Shown: positions 1 to 9,316 of the stretch, piece after piece
Numbering within the stretch: the stretch's first letter is position 1
How the letters are laid out: each line of letters opens with the position of its first letter
IMG/VR virus record: IMGVR_UViG_3300020045_005593
Span: 1 to 34,864 of that record
From: a virus
Taxonomy: Duplodnaviria > Caudoviricetes
DNA length: 34,864 bases
Reading direction: 5' to 3' (one strand)
Notes under the pieces: generated by a model
What the model was told of the DNA's origin: nothing
The model's database searches: none
What the model saw: only the letters and a program-made list of their open reading frames with translations
Position numbers and translations under genes: made by a program

Positions 1-68
1 GCAAATAAATTATATTGAGCGTTTCCAATAAAACCACACAATAGCAATAAAATTATATATTTTCTCAT
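1..68 (-). CDS. 5' end of a secreted/fibre-region protein, runs off the left edge
   Basis: ATG at 68 overlaps the TGA of the upstream gene (ATGA). Reads MRKYIILLLLCGFIGNA-QYNLFA, a Sec signal peptide followed by Gln. Confidence 0.75.
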   Translation of the reverse strand, partial: MRKYIILLLLCGFIGNAQYNLF

Positions 69-1729
69 AATGACCCTGCTGTTAAATATTCGTTTGAAAC
101 TCCTGTATTTACAATAGTATGACTTAATTTTTCAGCCATTGTCGTTCCTGTATTATTTATTAAAACAACCGACCCGCCTAAAGCATAAGTCAATGTTACG
201 CCTGTTTGAGTAGAAAAAGAACAATTAAAACCACTCATTAAACCGTTTGGTAAAGTTACAGTACATGATGCCGTTAATAGAATTATTGTTCCGTTATCTG
301 AATTAGCTAACGTTGTATTTGTTGATATTTTACGAACTGTTAATTTAGTCAAGGCCAGTGTTCCGCTATCGTTTGGAATAGAAATTGTTTGATTTGCTGT
401 TAATGTTTCGGTATCTAAAGTATTAGAATAAATTCCGTTATAAAATTTAATAGTTCCAGTATCTAATATCTCTAAATCTGAATCAGTTCTAATATTGTCA
501 CTAAATGTTTTATCCCCTAAAATAGTTTGATTAGTATTTAAATCAACTACATCAACAACATTTGCGGGCGTATAGCCCAAAGCCGCTATAATTGACGCAC
601 TTGAAACAGCGACACCTCCACTTGCGACACCTCCAAATTTTTGCGCTTCAATTATTTTAGAAGTAGTTGTATTTGTCAAATCCGTAGCGTTATTTCGTAA
701 AATAATATAAGCTCTTACTATTCCATTTGCAGCAATATTTGGTTCAACAACAAATGACCTCGTAACTATTGCGGCCTCTGCATCTGCTAAAGTAGCGTAT
801 GTTTGTTGTCCGTATTGTATTCTAGTTTGCCCTGTTTGAAACAATGTAACTGTTTGAATAGTAAAACGATTTGAAGGAACGCTAGTCAATACATTTGCTA
901 AATCATAAACTGATGGATTTAAAACCGTCAAATCTCCGCTTTCAGTACCATTTTGTGTTCTATATCTAAATGTTAAAGCTGTACCTGATGCAATTGATAA
1001 ATTATTAGGGTCTTTCCAATTATTAGCAAAATTTACACCTAATTTAAATATAATTCCCGCGCTTTTATTTAATGATAAATTTGCACCATTTTCAATATAT
1101 TTATTTCCTGATATATTTAATGCTCCAATTGCTTCCATTAAGTCGTGCAATTGATTAGTTCCTGCATTGGTAGGTGCTGAAATGTTATTGACTAAATTAA
1201 TTGTGGTTAAATTGCTGTGTATTACTGCCCCCAAAGCAATTAAATCGCGCCTTTGAATATTTGTAAATGGTGTAGCTTGCATAACTACTGAAGCACTCGA
1301 ATTTATTGCAACGTATGTAATATTAGAAGTAAGTAAATACGTTGGTGTAATTCCTGTAAATGCGGGAAAATTAATTATTTTACAAATAGGATTTTCAGGA
1401 TCGTCAAAATTAGATATAATCCCAATACCCGCCGTAATATTGAATTTTGTAGGATCTGCGTTTGTAGTTACCAAACCGTTTTTTATCAATCCTGTAGATA
1501 GGTAGCTTTTTAACTTTAACGAATCAATAACGGCTAATGAAATCGGTATGTTATTAACAGATGCTTTTCCATAAGTTCCGTCTGATCCTTGTGTTACTAA
1601 AGTATTTGGATTTGTAACTGTTTGAGTAGAATTATTTTTTATTCCGTAATCAAATTCCTGTTCTTGTCCAGTACTTGTTTGTCCATATCCTACAATGGAT
1701 ATTAATAAAAATAAAAGTATTTTTTTCAT
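65..1729 (-). CDS. Tail fibre-like protein with N-terminal signal peptide
   Basis: Probable start MKKILLFLLISIVGYG-Q at 1729. T/N/S/G-rich, with fibre-type motifs IIAALGYTP and NQTILGDKTF and a C-terminal TIILLTASCTVTLP domain. Lies downstream of the tail tip genes. Confidence 0.65.
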   Translation of the reverse strand: MKKILLFLLISIVGYGQTSTGQEQEFDYGIKNNSTQTVTNPNTLVTQGSDGTYGKASVNNIPISLAVIDSLKLKSYLSTGLIKNGLVTTNADPTKFNITAGIGIISNFDDPENPICKIINFPAFTGITPTYLLTSNITYVAINSSASVVMQATPFTNIQRRDLIALGAVIHSNLTTINLVNNISAPTNAGTNQLHDLMEAIGALNISGNKYIENGANLSLNKSAGIIFKLGVNFANNWKDPNNLSIASGTALTFRYRTQNGTESGDLTVLNPSVYDLANVLTSVPSNRFTIQTVTLFQTGQTRIQYGQQTYATLADAEAAIVTRSFVVEPNIAANGIVRAYIILRNNATDLTNTTTSKIIEAQKFGGVASGGVAVSSASIIAALGYTPANVVDVVDLNTNQTILGDKTFSDNIRTDSDLEILDTGTIKFYNGIYSNTLDTETLTANQTISIPNDSGTLALTKLTVRKISTNTTLANSDNGTIILLTASCTVTLPNGLMSGFNCSFSTQTGVTLTYALGGSVVLINNTGTTMAEKLSHTIVNTGVSNEYLTAGSL

Positions 1730-1744
1730 TGGTGTAATTTTTAA

Positions 1745-1752
1745 CAAATATA
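1745..1752 (-). promoter_or_regulatory. Bacteroidota sigma-A -7 element TATATTTG
   Basis: Exact TAnnTTTG about 16 nt upstream of ATG 1729, just after a terminator. Confidence 0.7.
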
Positions 1753-1753
1753 C

Positions 1754-1790
1754 AAAAATTCCCTAACAAATTAATGATAGGGAATTTTTT
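1754..1790. terminator. Bidirectional intrinsic terminator
   Basis: AAAAATTCCCTA...TAGGGAATTTTT inverted repeat with A/T tails, at the end of the 1834-3540 cassette. Confidence 0.75.
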
Positions 1791-1833
1791 AGTAGCAAGT
1801 TACTACTAGTCTGGCACGACATTACAAATTTAG

Positions 1834-2340
1834 TTATAATTTTTCAATTTCTTTGATAATCAAAGTTGAATAATATTTACTATTTTCAATTACATTTTTA
1901 CCAGTAAGATTAAATTTTTTATAACTCTCAACCACTTCTTTTATTGTTTCAGTCGTTATGGTTGTGAATAAAACTTCTCCAAGTATTTTTTCTTGTTCTT
2001 TAATTGAGTCGATAATTTTTTGACATTCCTCATAATTTTCATCAAACTCAAAATATTCTAAAACAAATAATACACTTAAAATTCCATACATAAACATATA
2101 TTTTCTATAATGTAATGTAGTTGTTTTCATTTTTTTTAAAATTTCTCCAATCAATCCAACCTCACTACTCAAAATATTAGGATTTTGTTTTAAATACTCA
2201 ATCCCGTATTTCTTCGCTTGTAAATAATAATCATACAAAGCAGGAACACGATGTTTCATAATTATATTTTGTGAAAACTTTGGCTTTGCTACGAATAAAG
2301 CCGTTTCTTTTATTGCTGTTTTAAAATCTTGTTCGGTCAT
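1834..2340 (-). CDS. Hypothetical protein; C-terminal half has a UVR-like motif
   Basis: 168-aa ORF, ATGA-coupled to the upstream gene. ENYEECQKIIDSIK resembles a UvrB/UvrC helical motif. Confidence 0.6.
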   Translation of the reverse strand: MTEQDFKTAIKETALFVAKPKFSQNIIMKHRVPALYDYYLQAKKYGIEYLKQNPNILSSEVGLIGEILKKMKTTTLHYRKYMFMYGILSVLFVLEYFEFDENYEECQKIIDSIKEQEKILGEVLFTTITTETIKEVVESYKKFNLTGKNVIENSKYYSTLIIKEIEKL

Positions 2341-2918
2341 ACTATCTTTTTATTAAGTAATTTTTCAGCTTCTTGGATTGTGATTGTTTCGATTATTTGA
2401 GCCCATTGGCCGTCTTTGAATACGCACCATTTGCCCCAACCTGTTGTGTATAATTTATTATTTTCAAAGTAAAAACAACTTCCAACCCTAGCTCCTTCGG
2501 TAAAAATACTTCCATTTTCAGAATCTTCTAATTCGTTAAAAGATATTTTATCCTCAAACCCTCTCTTATTAGCCTCACAAATCAAAGCCGATTCAATTTC
2601 TTGTAGGGTTGCTTCTATAAGACTATTTTCGTGGTCTTTATTTGCGATATAATCTTTTTCTCTAAAATATTCATTATGTAGCCATCCATAATAATAGATT
2701 CTATTTCTATCTTCTTTTCCTACTTTTTCAATTTCAGTAATAAATATCAAAGATTCGAAATCTATACTTCCTTTATACCACTTCCCAACTTCCAACTCCT
2801 TTTTAAAAGCATCTGGAAACCAAGCGCGCAAATCAGCACTTACAAGTTGCTCGTTTCCTTCTTCATTGTTTTTCAGTAATTGTGTGAGTTGTAGTTTTGT
2901 AATCTTAAACTTTTTCAT
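2337..2918 (-). CDS. Hypothetical phage protein (EVGKWYK motif)
   Basis: 193-aa ORF with ATGA overlaps at both ends. Confidence 0.7.
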   Translation of the reverse strand: MKKFKITKLQLTQLLKNNEEGNEQLVSADLRAWFPDAFKKELEVGKWYKGSIDFESLIFITEIEKVGKEDRNRIYYYGWLHNEYFREKDYIANKDHENSLIEATLQEIESALICEANKRGFEDKISFNELEDSENGSIFTEGARVGSCFYFENNKLYTTGWGKWCVFKDGQWAQIIETITIQEAEKLLNKKIV

Positions 2919-3046
2919 AATTTCTCTTCTTTTTTTAATTCTTCAATTGTTCTTTGTTTTGCGTAATTGCGTACTTCTTTGATTAGTTTGGCATCGTCCA
3001 AACACTGTACGCTTATTTGAATTTTGCCGTTTTTTGATTTTTTCAT
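2915..3046 (-). CDS. Small basic protein, possibly ribbon-helix-helix DNA-binding (43 aa)
   Basis: Not in the ORF track. MKKSKNGKIQISVQCLDDAKLIKEVRNYAKQRTIEELKKEEKL fills the gap exactly and ends in an ATGA overlap. Confidence 0.6.
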   Translation of the reverse strand: MKKSKNGKIQISVQCLDDAKLIKEVRNYAKQRTIEELKKEEKL

Positions 3047-3048
3047 AG

Positions 3049-3540
3049 TTATTTAATTTTTTGACGTAAATCAGAAATATTAACCGATAATGAAGTGGTT
3101 ATTTTATTAGGTAATAATAAAAATGCTTCTGGGAAATTTTCCTCAACTCTTTTGTAAGTTCTTAATCCAAATAATGCAACTTCAATTTCGGAAAATAGTT
3201 TTTTATACTCTTTTTCTTTGTCTTTAATTTCATTTAATGAATTTTTAATTAATAATGCATCGGTTTCATTTGGCTGAAATGATGATTTAAAAGCAGGAAT
3301 ATGGTTTTTTGTATTTAAATATTGATATTCGAAACCGTTTCCAGATAATTGAAAAGATTGTCTTGTTTCTACATAACTTGGATATTTTTTATAAAAATCC
3401 TTAATTTCTTTAGGAATCGTACCTAAAATAATGTTTTCAAGTTTTTGTTTTAAATCTTCTTTTAATCCTTTTAATTCTAATCCTTGTTTTTGGATTAATT
3501 TTTCGGCCACTTCGGTAGCAATTGCTTTTGTAATGTTCAT
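3049..3540 (-). CDS. Nmad5-like (nucleotide-modification-associated domain 5) protein
   Basis: 163 aa, helical, with C-terminal LRTYKRVEENFPEAFLLLP resembling the Nmad5 signature. Recognised from memory only. Confidence 0.5.
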   Translation of the reverse strand: MNITKAIATEVAEKLIQKQGLELKGLKEDLKQKLENIILGTIPKEIKDFYKKYPSYVETRQSFQLSGNGFEYQYLNTKNHIPAFKSSFQPNETDALLIKNSLNEIKDKEKEYKKLFSEIEVALFGLRTYKRVEENFPEAFLLLPNKITTSLSVNISDLRQKIK

Positions 3541-3569
3541 AATTTATATTTTTTAGTGTTATTAAAGTA

Positions 3570-3593
3570 CAAACGTACGATTTATTTCGTACG
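3570..3593 (-). promoter_or_regulatory. -7 element TACGTTTG overlapped by inverted repeat CGTACGA-N6-TCGTACG (operator candidate)
   Basis: caaacgta at 3570-3577; cgtacga tttatt tcgtacg at 3574-3593. Confidence 0.65.
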
Positions 3594-3597
3594 AAAA

Positions 3598-3630
3598 CAA
3601 AAAAAACACCCTAATTTTAAGAGTGTTTTG
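3598..3630 (-). terminator. Intrinsic terminator after the tail-tip genes
   Basis: Minus strand AAAACACTCT-loop-AGGGTGTTTT followed by a long U tract. Confidence 0.7.
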
Positions 3631-3649
3631 TTATTTGTATTTAGATTAA

Positions 3650-4327
3650 TTAAAAATAGAAGTCTATTACAATTCTAGCGCCTGCAGGAACTGTTTTTTT
3701 GAATGTAAATGTAGATCCTGCTTGTGTAAATGTATTTAAATCGCTTTCGAATCCTGTCATTTCTTTGTGTTGTGGCGCATCATTTATCCATCCCCTCAAT
3801 GCAGTAGCTCCTATAGGGATTATATAATCTTGTCCAGAACCTGCATATCTAACACAGTCCATGCCTTGCACTAAATCTTGTAACGCTAAAAATACTGCAT
3901 TTTCACTTGGTGAATAATTTGTAACTCCTTCGGTAATTGTTTGGCTAATCATTGCGGCTGGCGGGTCAACTATAATGGGTATTTCAACCCCTAAACTCCA
4001 ATTAATGCCGTTACCTATAATAACATTCAATTCCTCTGTACAAACAATATCAGGATGTCCACCTGTTTGAGAATACGTTCCTTTACCGGCTAAAAACCAC
4101 TCATTTGTAGTTGTATTTGGTAAAGTTTGTCCATCGGTAACAGATATTGGTAAAAAAGCTATTCCTGCGGTACTTTCAATAATTCCAGCAATATAAGTCG
4201 CTAAATCGTTAATAGTTCCTCGTCTTAAATCAGTACCTACTTCGTGCGGTATATTATCTGTTAAGCTGAATGTAGCTTCGACTAACTGACCTACTCTTAT
4301 TGTGCTTATCAATAATGGATCTATCAT
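3650..4327 (-). CDS. Minor tail / fibre-attachment protein
   Basis: Likely start MIDPLL at 4327 (ATGA overlap). N-terminal domain is paralogous to that of 4324..4857. Confidence 0.65.
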   Translation of the reverse strand: MIDPLLISTIRVGQLVEATFSLTDNIPHEVGTDLRRGTINDLATYIAGIIESTAGIAFLPISVTDGQTLPNTTTNEWFLAGKGTYSQTGGHPDIVCTEELNVIIGNGINWSLGVEIPIIVDPPAAMISQTITEGVTNYSPSENAVFLALQDLVQGMDCVRYAGSGQDYIIPIGATALRGWINDAPQHKEMTGFESDLNTFTQAGSTFTFKKTVPAGARIVIDFYF

Positions 4328-4857
4328 AATTTTATAATTTTTAAAACCACACAATAAGGTTGCATATTTTTATTAGTTCCAGATACTCCAACTGTTTCTG
4401 TTCCAAACATATCACCAGCAACCGTGTCGCCAACATATGGGGTTTCGGGATATTTATTACCTCCGTCAGTTGAAGAATATTTTAAACCGTGACTATGTGC
4501 AACTACGACCGCATCCCTAGAACCTCCGTAAGCCCCTATGTTGTTTTGAACAGCACCGTAACCAATTGTAACAAGTCCGTCTAATTCAGTGGCTAATCTA
4601 AAACCTGTCAATAAATTTATTCCTAATCCGGCTTCGTCAATATTATTGTCTATATATTCCTGTGTAACAAATAGTTCCTTTATTTCGTGTTGTAATGCCG
4701 CAGAATGTATATTTACAAAATCAATAAGATTTTGAAAAGTTGCATTTTTAAGTGTTTGGTCTCCGATTGTTTCAAATGGAAATATATCGGTCAATCCAAT
4801 CGCGTCTGGAGACAATTGGTCAACTCTTACAGTCGTTATGTCATTTGGATCTATCAT
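4324..4857 (-). CDS. Minor tail protein with tail-collar-like C-terminus
   Basis: GAYGGSRDAVVVAHSHG...GVSGTNKNMQPYCVVLKIIK matches the HxH/NxQPY pattern of collar and short-fibre proteins. Confidence 0.7.
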   Translation of the reverse strand: MIDPNDITTVRVDQLSPDAIGLTDIFPFETIGDQTLKNATFQNLIDFVNIHSAALQHEIKELFVTQEYIDNNIDEAGLGINLLTGFRLATELDGLVTIGYGAVQNNIGAYGGSRDAVVVAHSHGLKYSSTDGGNKYPETPYVGDTVAGDMFGTETVGVSGTNKNMQPYCVVLKIIKL

Positions 4858-5366
4858 AGTTGTTTTGTTCTAATTATTTGTGTTGCAGTTGGGTCTGTAA
4901 CAATTAATTCATTTGGATTACCACTGTTTAATACATCAGTGCCTTTAGTTGTTGTTAATGGTATTCCAAAACCAATTAAAGAGCCGCTAAAAGATAAAAA
5001 TTCATCAACCGGAGTAGCTTCTGAAAGTTCGCTTATATAGCATTTACCGTAATCAATTATAGGAAAATCGCCTTCTATTTTCCATTCCAACAAAGCACGT
5101 GATCTTTTAAATTGTTTTAATTTATCATAAGAAACAACATTAAAATTACCGCCTGCAACACTTGTTACTACTTGCAACCCGCTAAATGAAATCGTATAGC
5201 TTTGCATATTTGGCCGTGATGTTGACCAACCACCGTTATCCCGCGTTGTTGTATCTATAAATTCGCTAGTTTCGCTAAATGGATTATCTTGCAAACAAGC
5301 AATAGGTAAATAATTACCTAATACTTTTATGAATAAAATTCTGCTTTCTCCTTTGTAAAAATCCAT
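4854..5366 (-). CDS. Second tail-tube-like protein (paralogue of the major tail protein)
   Basis: KGESRILFI..YLPIACLQDNPFSETSEFIDTTTR aligns with KGEKGIIYV..YKPVACLTSNSLNTTVSMITSNTK; both carry L.EWK and YG..YI..L. Confidence 0.75.
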   Translation of the reverse strand: MDFYKGESRILFIKVLGNYLPIACLQDNPFSETSEFIDTTTRDNGGWSTSRPNMQSYTISFSGLQVVTSVAGGNFNVVSYDKLKQFKRSRALLEWKIEGDFPIIDYGKCYISELSEATPVDEFLSFSGSLIGFGIPLTTTKGTDVLNSGNPNELIVTDPTATQIIRTKQL

Positions 5367-5370
5367 ACAA

Positions 5371-5378
5371 CAAATATA
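5371..5378 (-). promoter_or_regulatory. -7 element TATATTTG, 4 nt before ATG
   Basis: caaatata at 5371-5378; ATG at 5366. Confidence 0.6.
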
Positions 5379-5386
5379 TTAAAAAA

Positions 5387-7204
5387 TTATGAACGAATAG
5401 ACGGTTTTACAGTATTTCCATAATCGTAAGTTAATAAATATTGTAAGTCAGCAACTTCGCTTGTAAAAAACTGCTGTAGCTTTCCGCGCGTAATATTTGA
5501 ATCAGTATCATAGCTATGTTCAATAAACATAAATAAGCCGCTAATATTGTTTATTTCAATTATAGATAAATATGGTACGTATCCATAAATATCACCAGTA
5601 AAAGTTTTAATTGGCTTTTGCTGTATACGCATATCGTCCTCCGCGCTTATTCTTAATAAATATTTTTCCTCTAGCTTTCCTTTACGCGTCCAAAGTGTTG
5701 TAAGTGTAGTTTTATCACTTTTATAAATTGCACCTTCGAAAATATCTCCAATTGAATCTCCGTTGTAAACTTCTTGATTTTCTTTTATTATTGAACTTGG
5801 AGAAACTAAACGGCTAACTGTGTGAAACTCTCCTACTTTTCCATCGTAATTAAAATTATTAATAATTTGACAAGATTTAATTTCAACCTCTGTAGCTGTA
5901 ACTTGGTCAGATAAAACACCTCTTATAGTTGCATAAACGTTACAATTTGAAGGAACTGGCTCTGTTTTTAATGTCCATGTAAATTCGCCTGCTCCGCTTT
6001 GAGTAGTATTTACTATTGTTTCAGTATTTTTCCACGACCCGTCATCACTAGCCCAGAATCCATCTGAACGAACTATACTAAAAGCAAAATAAGATGTTAT
6101 ATTTGAACTTGAACTTAATTCTACTTTTAAGTCTATTTGACTACCTGCTAAAATTCCAATTGATTGAGAACGTAATATTTCACGATGAAAAGGATAATCT
6201 AAAATCCATCTAGTGTACATTTTCAATCCCATATCATCGTTTATATCATTGATTAAAATGAATCCATATAAATTACTAGCTTTTACCCAATAATCAAAAA
6301 TTAACGCTGTATCGTGATGTAAATTAGGATTTAATAATATTCCTGATTTAAAACCATATTTATAATTCAAACGATATGCGCTAATAGCTCCCTTTGTTTG
6401 TATTTGTTGATTTCCTCCACAATGATGTGGGTAATAGTTATCAATTTGCGAACCTATTTTTTTATATAGATTTTTAGTGAAAGTTGTATTTAAACTATTG
6501 TCTATAAAAGTTGCATTTTTAATAAATTCATTCGGGCGATAAATCCACCAATATCCATCTTGTTGAGTAATGCAAGCGGAAAACAAATTCAATACTGAAT
6601 TTAAAACTTCTTCACATGTCATTGTCGTGCCACCTCCCGCTGTTTCAGAATCTATTTTAAAAAAACGATCTGAATTTACATAAGTATCTTTTAAAATATT
6701 TGTTCCTGAATAATCTAAATAATGAATATCAACAAAAGTATTAATCGTCATTACTAATCCAGTTCGAGCTAAACATGCTGTTATAACTTCAAACATTGAC
6801 AATTTACCAGTATAATTTAAACCGTTTGCTTTTACAAATGCTAAATCTTTTAAACTACCTAGACCATCAATAAAATCTAAATCAACTATCCAAATATCAC
6901 GCACAAATGATTGAGTTACTCCGTCTGGTTTTAAAAATCCTTGAAATACAGTTCCGGTACTATTAGTAACTTTTACCGTATACGTTCTTTCGTCTGCTTC
7001 TGAAAATTCCTCAAATGTTAATAATGGATTAGCCTCCAATTGTAAATTTAATCCAGTTCCTCGAATGGTATCTAAAACATTGTCAACACTACCCTTGTCA
7101 AATGAAATTTTCCCAAATATTTCAGTTGAAACTCCGGTAAATCCAAGCTCAAATATCTGAACTAAATATCCTGTATAATTATTTTGTATGAAATATTTTT
7201 CCAT
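5387..7204 (-). CDS. Tail tip / hub protein
   Basis: 605 aa, beta-rich, immediately downstream of the tape measure gene. Confidence 0.65.
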   Translation of the reverse strand: MEKYFIQNNYTGYLVQIFELGFTGVSTEIFGKISFDKGSVDNVLDTIRGTGLNLQLEANPLLTFEEFSEADERTYTVKVTNSTGTVFQGFLKPDGVTQSFVRDIWIVDLDFIDGLGSLKDLAFVKANGLNYTGKLSMFEVITACLARTGLVMTINTFVDIHYLDYSGTNILKDTYVNSDRFFKIDSETAGGGTTMTCEEVLNSVLNLFSACITQQDGYWWIYRPNEFIKNATFIDNSLNTTFTKNLYKKIGSQIDNYYPHHCGGNQQIQTKGAISAYRLNYKYGFKSGILLNPNLHHDTALIFDYWVKASNLYGFILINDINDDMGLKMYTRWILDYPFHREILRSQSIGILAGSQIDLKVELSSSSNITSYFAFSIVRSDGFWASDDGSWKNTETIVNTTQSGAGEFTWTLKTEPVPSNCNVYATIRGVLSDQVTATEVEIKSCQIINNFNYDGKVGEFHTVSRLVSPSSIIKENQEVYNGDSIGDIFEGAIYKSDKTTLTTLWTRKGKLEEKYLLRISAEDDMRIQQKPIKTFTGDIYGYVPYLSIIEINNISGLFMFIEHSYDTDSNITRGKLQQFFTSEVADLQYLLTYDYGNTVKPSIRS

Positions 7205-9003
7205 TATCTCCCTCCTATTCTTAAGTTTCTTTCAGTAGTGTTGTTCAATACCCCAATTAAAGACGTTCCGGCTATTTCAAATACAACTGAACCATTTGCG
7301 CCTCCACTCCATCCCGTTCCGTTTCCTGATGTTGTTGATGTGTTATTAGCTGTTGAGCCTGTTGCTGTTGATGTTTTACTACTACCTCCTTTTGCTTTGC
7401 TTCCAATCGCGCCCCCTGCTGCTTTTAATAAAACACCTACTGCTATTGCAGCGATACCCGCGCCAATAGCAATTGGCCCACCTGTTGCAATTGCTAAATC
7501 TAAATTACCTTTGGCTACTGCTAAAACACCATATTTAATAAGTAATCCACCCATATCGGAAAGAAACGCGCCTAAACTTTGAAGTAATGAATTTCCAATA
7601 GCAGAAAAAACATTTTGACCGCTTGCCAAGGCCTCGCCAATTGACGTTCCTAAATCACTAAATGTAGCTCCTAATGAATCAATCACTAATCCGTTTACAT
7701 CTTCACTAAAATTAAATAATAACGCTTGTGTTGCCAATAATTCACTAGACACAACCTCTCTAATTCCTGTAAAAGCCGTTTTTATTGGCTCAGTATTTAT
7801 TGGAGAAACAACTAATCCAATAGGTATCAATTGAGATTGTAATCCTGATACTTGCGGAGTATTAAAAGTTTGTGCTACTTTTTTACCCCCGCCAGTTTGT
7901 TGTTGCTCTAGTTTTAAACTTGATGCCGTTAATTGATTTATTACGTTTTGTCTTTGGTCAATTGCTTTTGTTCCTTTTAATATTTCAGATCTATATTCGC
8001 TTTCGGCAAATTTAGAATTTCTAATTAAACCGTTTAAATTTGTAACAGCTATAAACTTTTGGTTATCCGCATAAAGTTCATCCTTTGTTGAATTTCCAAC
8101 TAACAAAGCTAATTCTTTTTCAAGTTTTAAAGTTTTGTCTTTTTGTTGAAGTAGTTTAGCGTTTGCTGAATATATTTTCAATTGAATGTCAGCACTAGCT
8201 CCGGCTAATTTTTCAGCGGTTGCCCTTGCTACTAAAGCTTTCGTAAGCTCCATTACAACACCTGTTAAATTAGAAGTCATTATCTGTTCCTTAGATAAAT
8301 TTCCAAAGTAACCAGGATATTGCTTTTGTAGATTTTCAACTGCTATCAATCGATCTTTATCAGATAAAGCCTTATTTTGTGATGCAGAAACCAAAGCTTT
8401 TAATCCAAAAACTTCACCTGCTGTTGCTTTTACACCTTCTTCACTAGCTTTTTTAATTGCGCCTCCAAATTCATCAAATTTACCTGTAACTTTATCAATA
8501 ATATCGCCAACACTTAAGCCTGATTGAGCTAACAAAGTGAAACCTGTAGTAAGCAAAGAAACGCCTAATAAAATACCACCACTACCCATTATAGACGATG
8601 CCATAGCTTTTAAAGCTCCACCTGTTGATCCTGTACTATTTTTTAAGTGTCCAAAAGCCTCTACGGTTGCTGTAATATTATTCCCAATACCAATAATCCC
8701 GTAGGGCGCATCTTGCGCTATACGTGAAAACTGCATTAAGGCATTGCCGCCGTTTGCAGTTTGTTTTACAAATTGCCCCCCAACTTGTGCGCCAGTATCT
8801 TTAACGGCCGTTTTTAAACTATTTAATTGACTTTTAGCGTCTTTTATTTGAGCTGTAATTTCGTGCGTATCTAAGCCAAGTTTTATCTTTTCAAGTTTAG
8901 CTTTCGAAAGTTCTTTAACGTCAAATTCAACTTCCTTTATTTTCTTTTGGAAGTCTGTTATGTCAGCACCAATTTGTACCTCTAATTTATTGCCTGTTGC
9001 CAT
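7204..9003 (-). CDS. Tape measure protein
   Basis: 599 aa, Ala/Gly-rich and helical with hydrophobic stretches; starts LEVQIGAD; follows the chaperone pair. Confidence 0.85.
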   Translation of the reverse strand: MATGNKLEVQIGADITDFQKKIKEVEFDVKELSKAKLEKIKLGLDTHEITAQIKDAKSQLNSLKTAVKDTGAQVGGQFVKQTANGGNALMQFSRIAQDAPYGIIGIGNNITATVEAFGHLKNSTGSTGGALKAMASSIMGSGGILLGVSLLTTGFTLLAQSGLSVGDIIDKVTGKFDEFGGAIKKASEEGVKATAGEVFGLKALVSASQNKALSDKDRLIAVENLQKQYPGYFGNLSKEQIMTSNLTGVVMELTKALVARATAEKLAGASADIQLKIYSANAKLLQQKDKTLKLEKELALLVGNSTKDELYADNQKFIAVTNLNGLIRNSKFAESEYRSEILKGTKAIDQRQNVINQLTASSLKLEQQQTGGGKKVAQTFNTPQVSGLQSQLIPIGLVVSPINTEPIKTAFTGIREVVSSELLATQALLFNFSEDVNGLVIDSLGATFSDLGTSIGEALASGQNVFSAIGNSLLQSLGAFLSDMGGLLIKYGVLAVAKGNLDLAIATGGPIAIGAGIAAIAVGVLLKAAGGAIGSKAKGGSSKTSTATGSTANNTSTTSGNGTGWSGGANGSVVFEIAGTSLIGVLNNTTERNLRIGGR

Positions 9004-9316
9004 TTTTGAAACTCTTTTAGGAAACGTTCTTTGTGTTCTTCTGATACGCCTTCATTTGCTTTTTTATCTCCATTCAAAGGTAAGAATAATTCTTTACGCT
9101 TTACCATTTTTTTAGGGTCTTGATGTGGCGCAATATAACTTGTCCACATTAATTCTCTTAACATTTGCCATTTATATAAATCTTTCCTTTTATATGCAAA
9201 AAGCCTGATTTGAAATTCTGCCCACGTCATGTCGTAAACGAAATCCAAATCAGGACAATTAAGCTCTCCTAAAGCGAAAGAAATTACATCTTCGCTCCAG
9301 TTTATTTTGTCGTTAC
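8982..9316 (-). CDS. Tail assembly chaperone, -1 frame extension (gpT-like part)
   Basis: The -1 frame is open from the A9 run: SNDKINWSEDVISFALGELNCPDLDFVYDMTWAEF... Confidence 0.8.

Noticed and set aside
1834-2340. Two genes fused by a slip in the A run before internal MKTTT (about 2130)
   Set aside because: The internal ATG has a plausible context, but nothing in the sequence alone distinguishes a fusion from a single gene.
4705-7582. Plus-strand ORFs 4705..5040 and 7184..7582
   Set aside because: Antisense shadows of well-supported tail genes.
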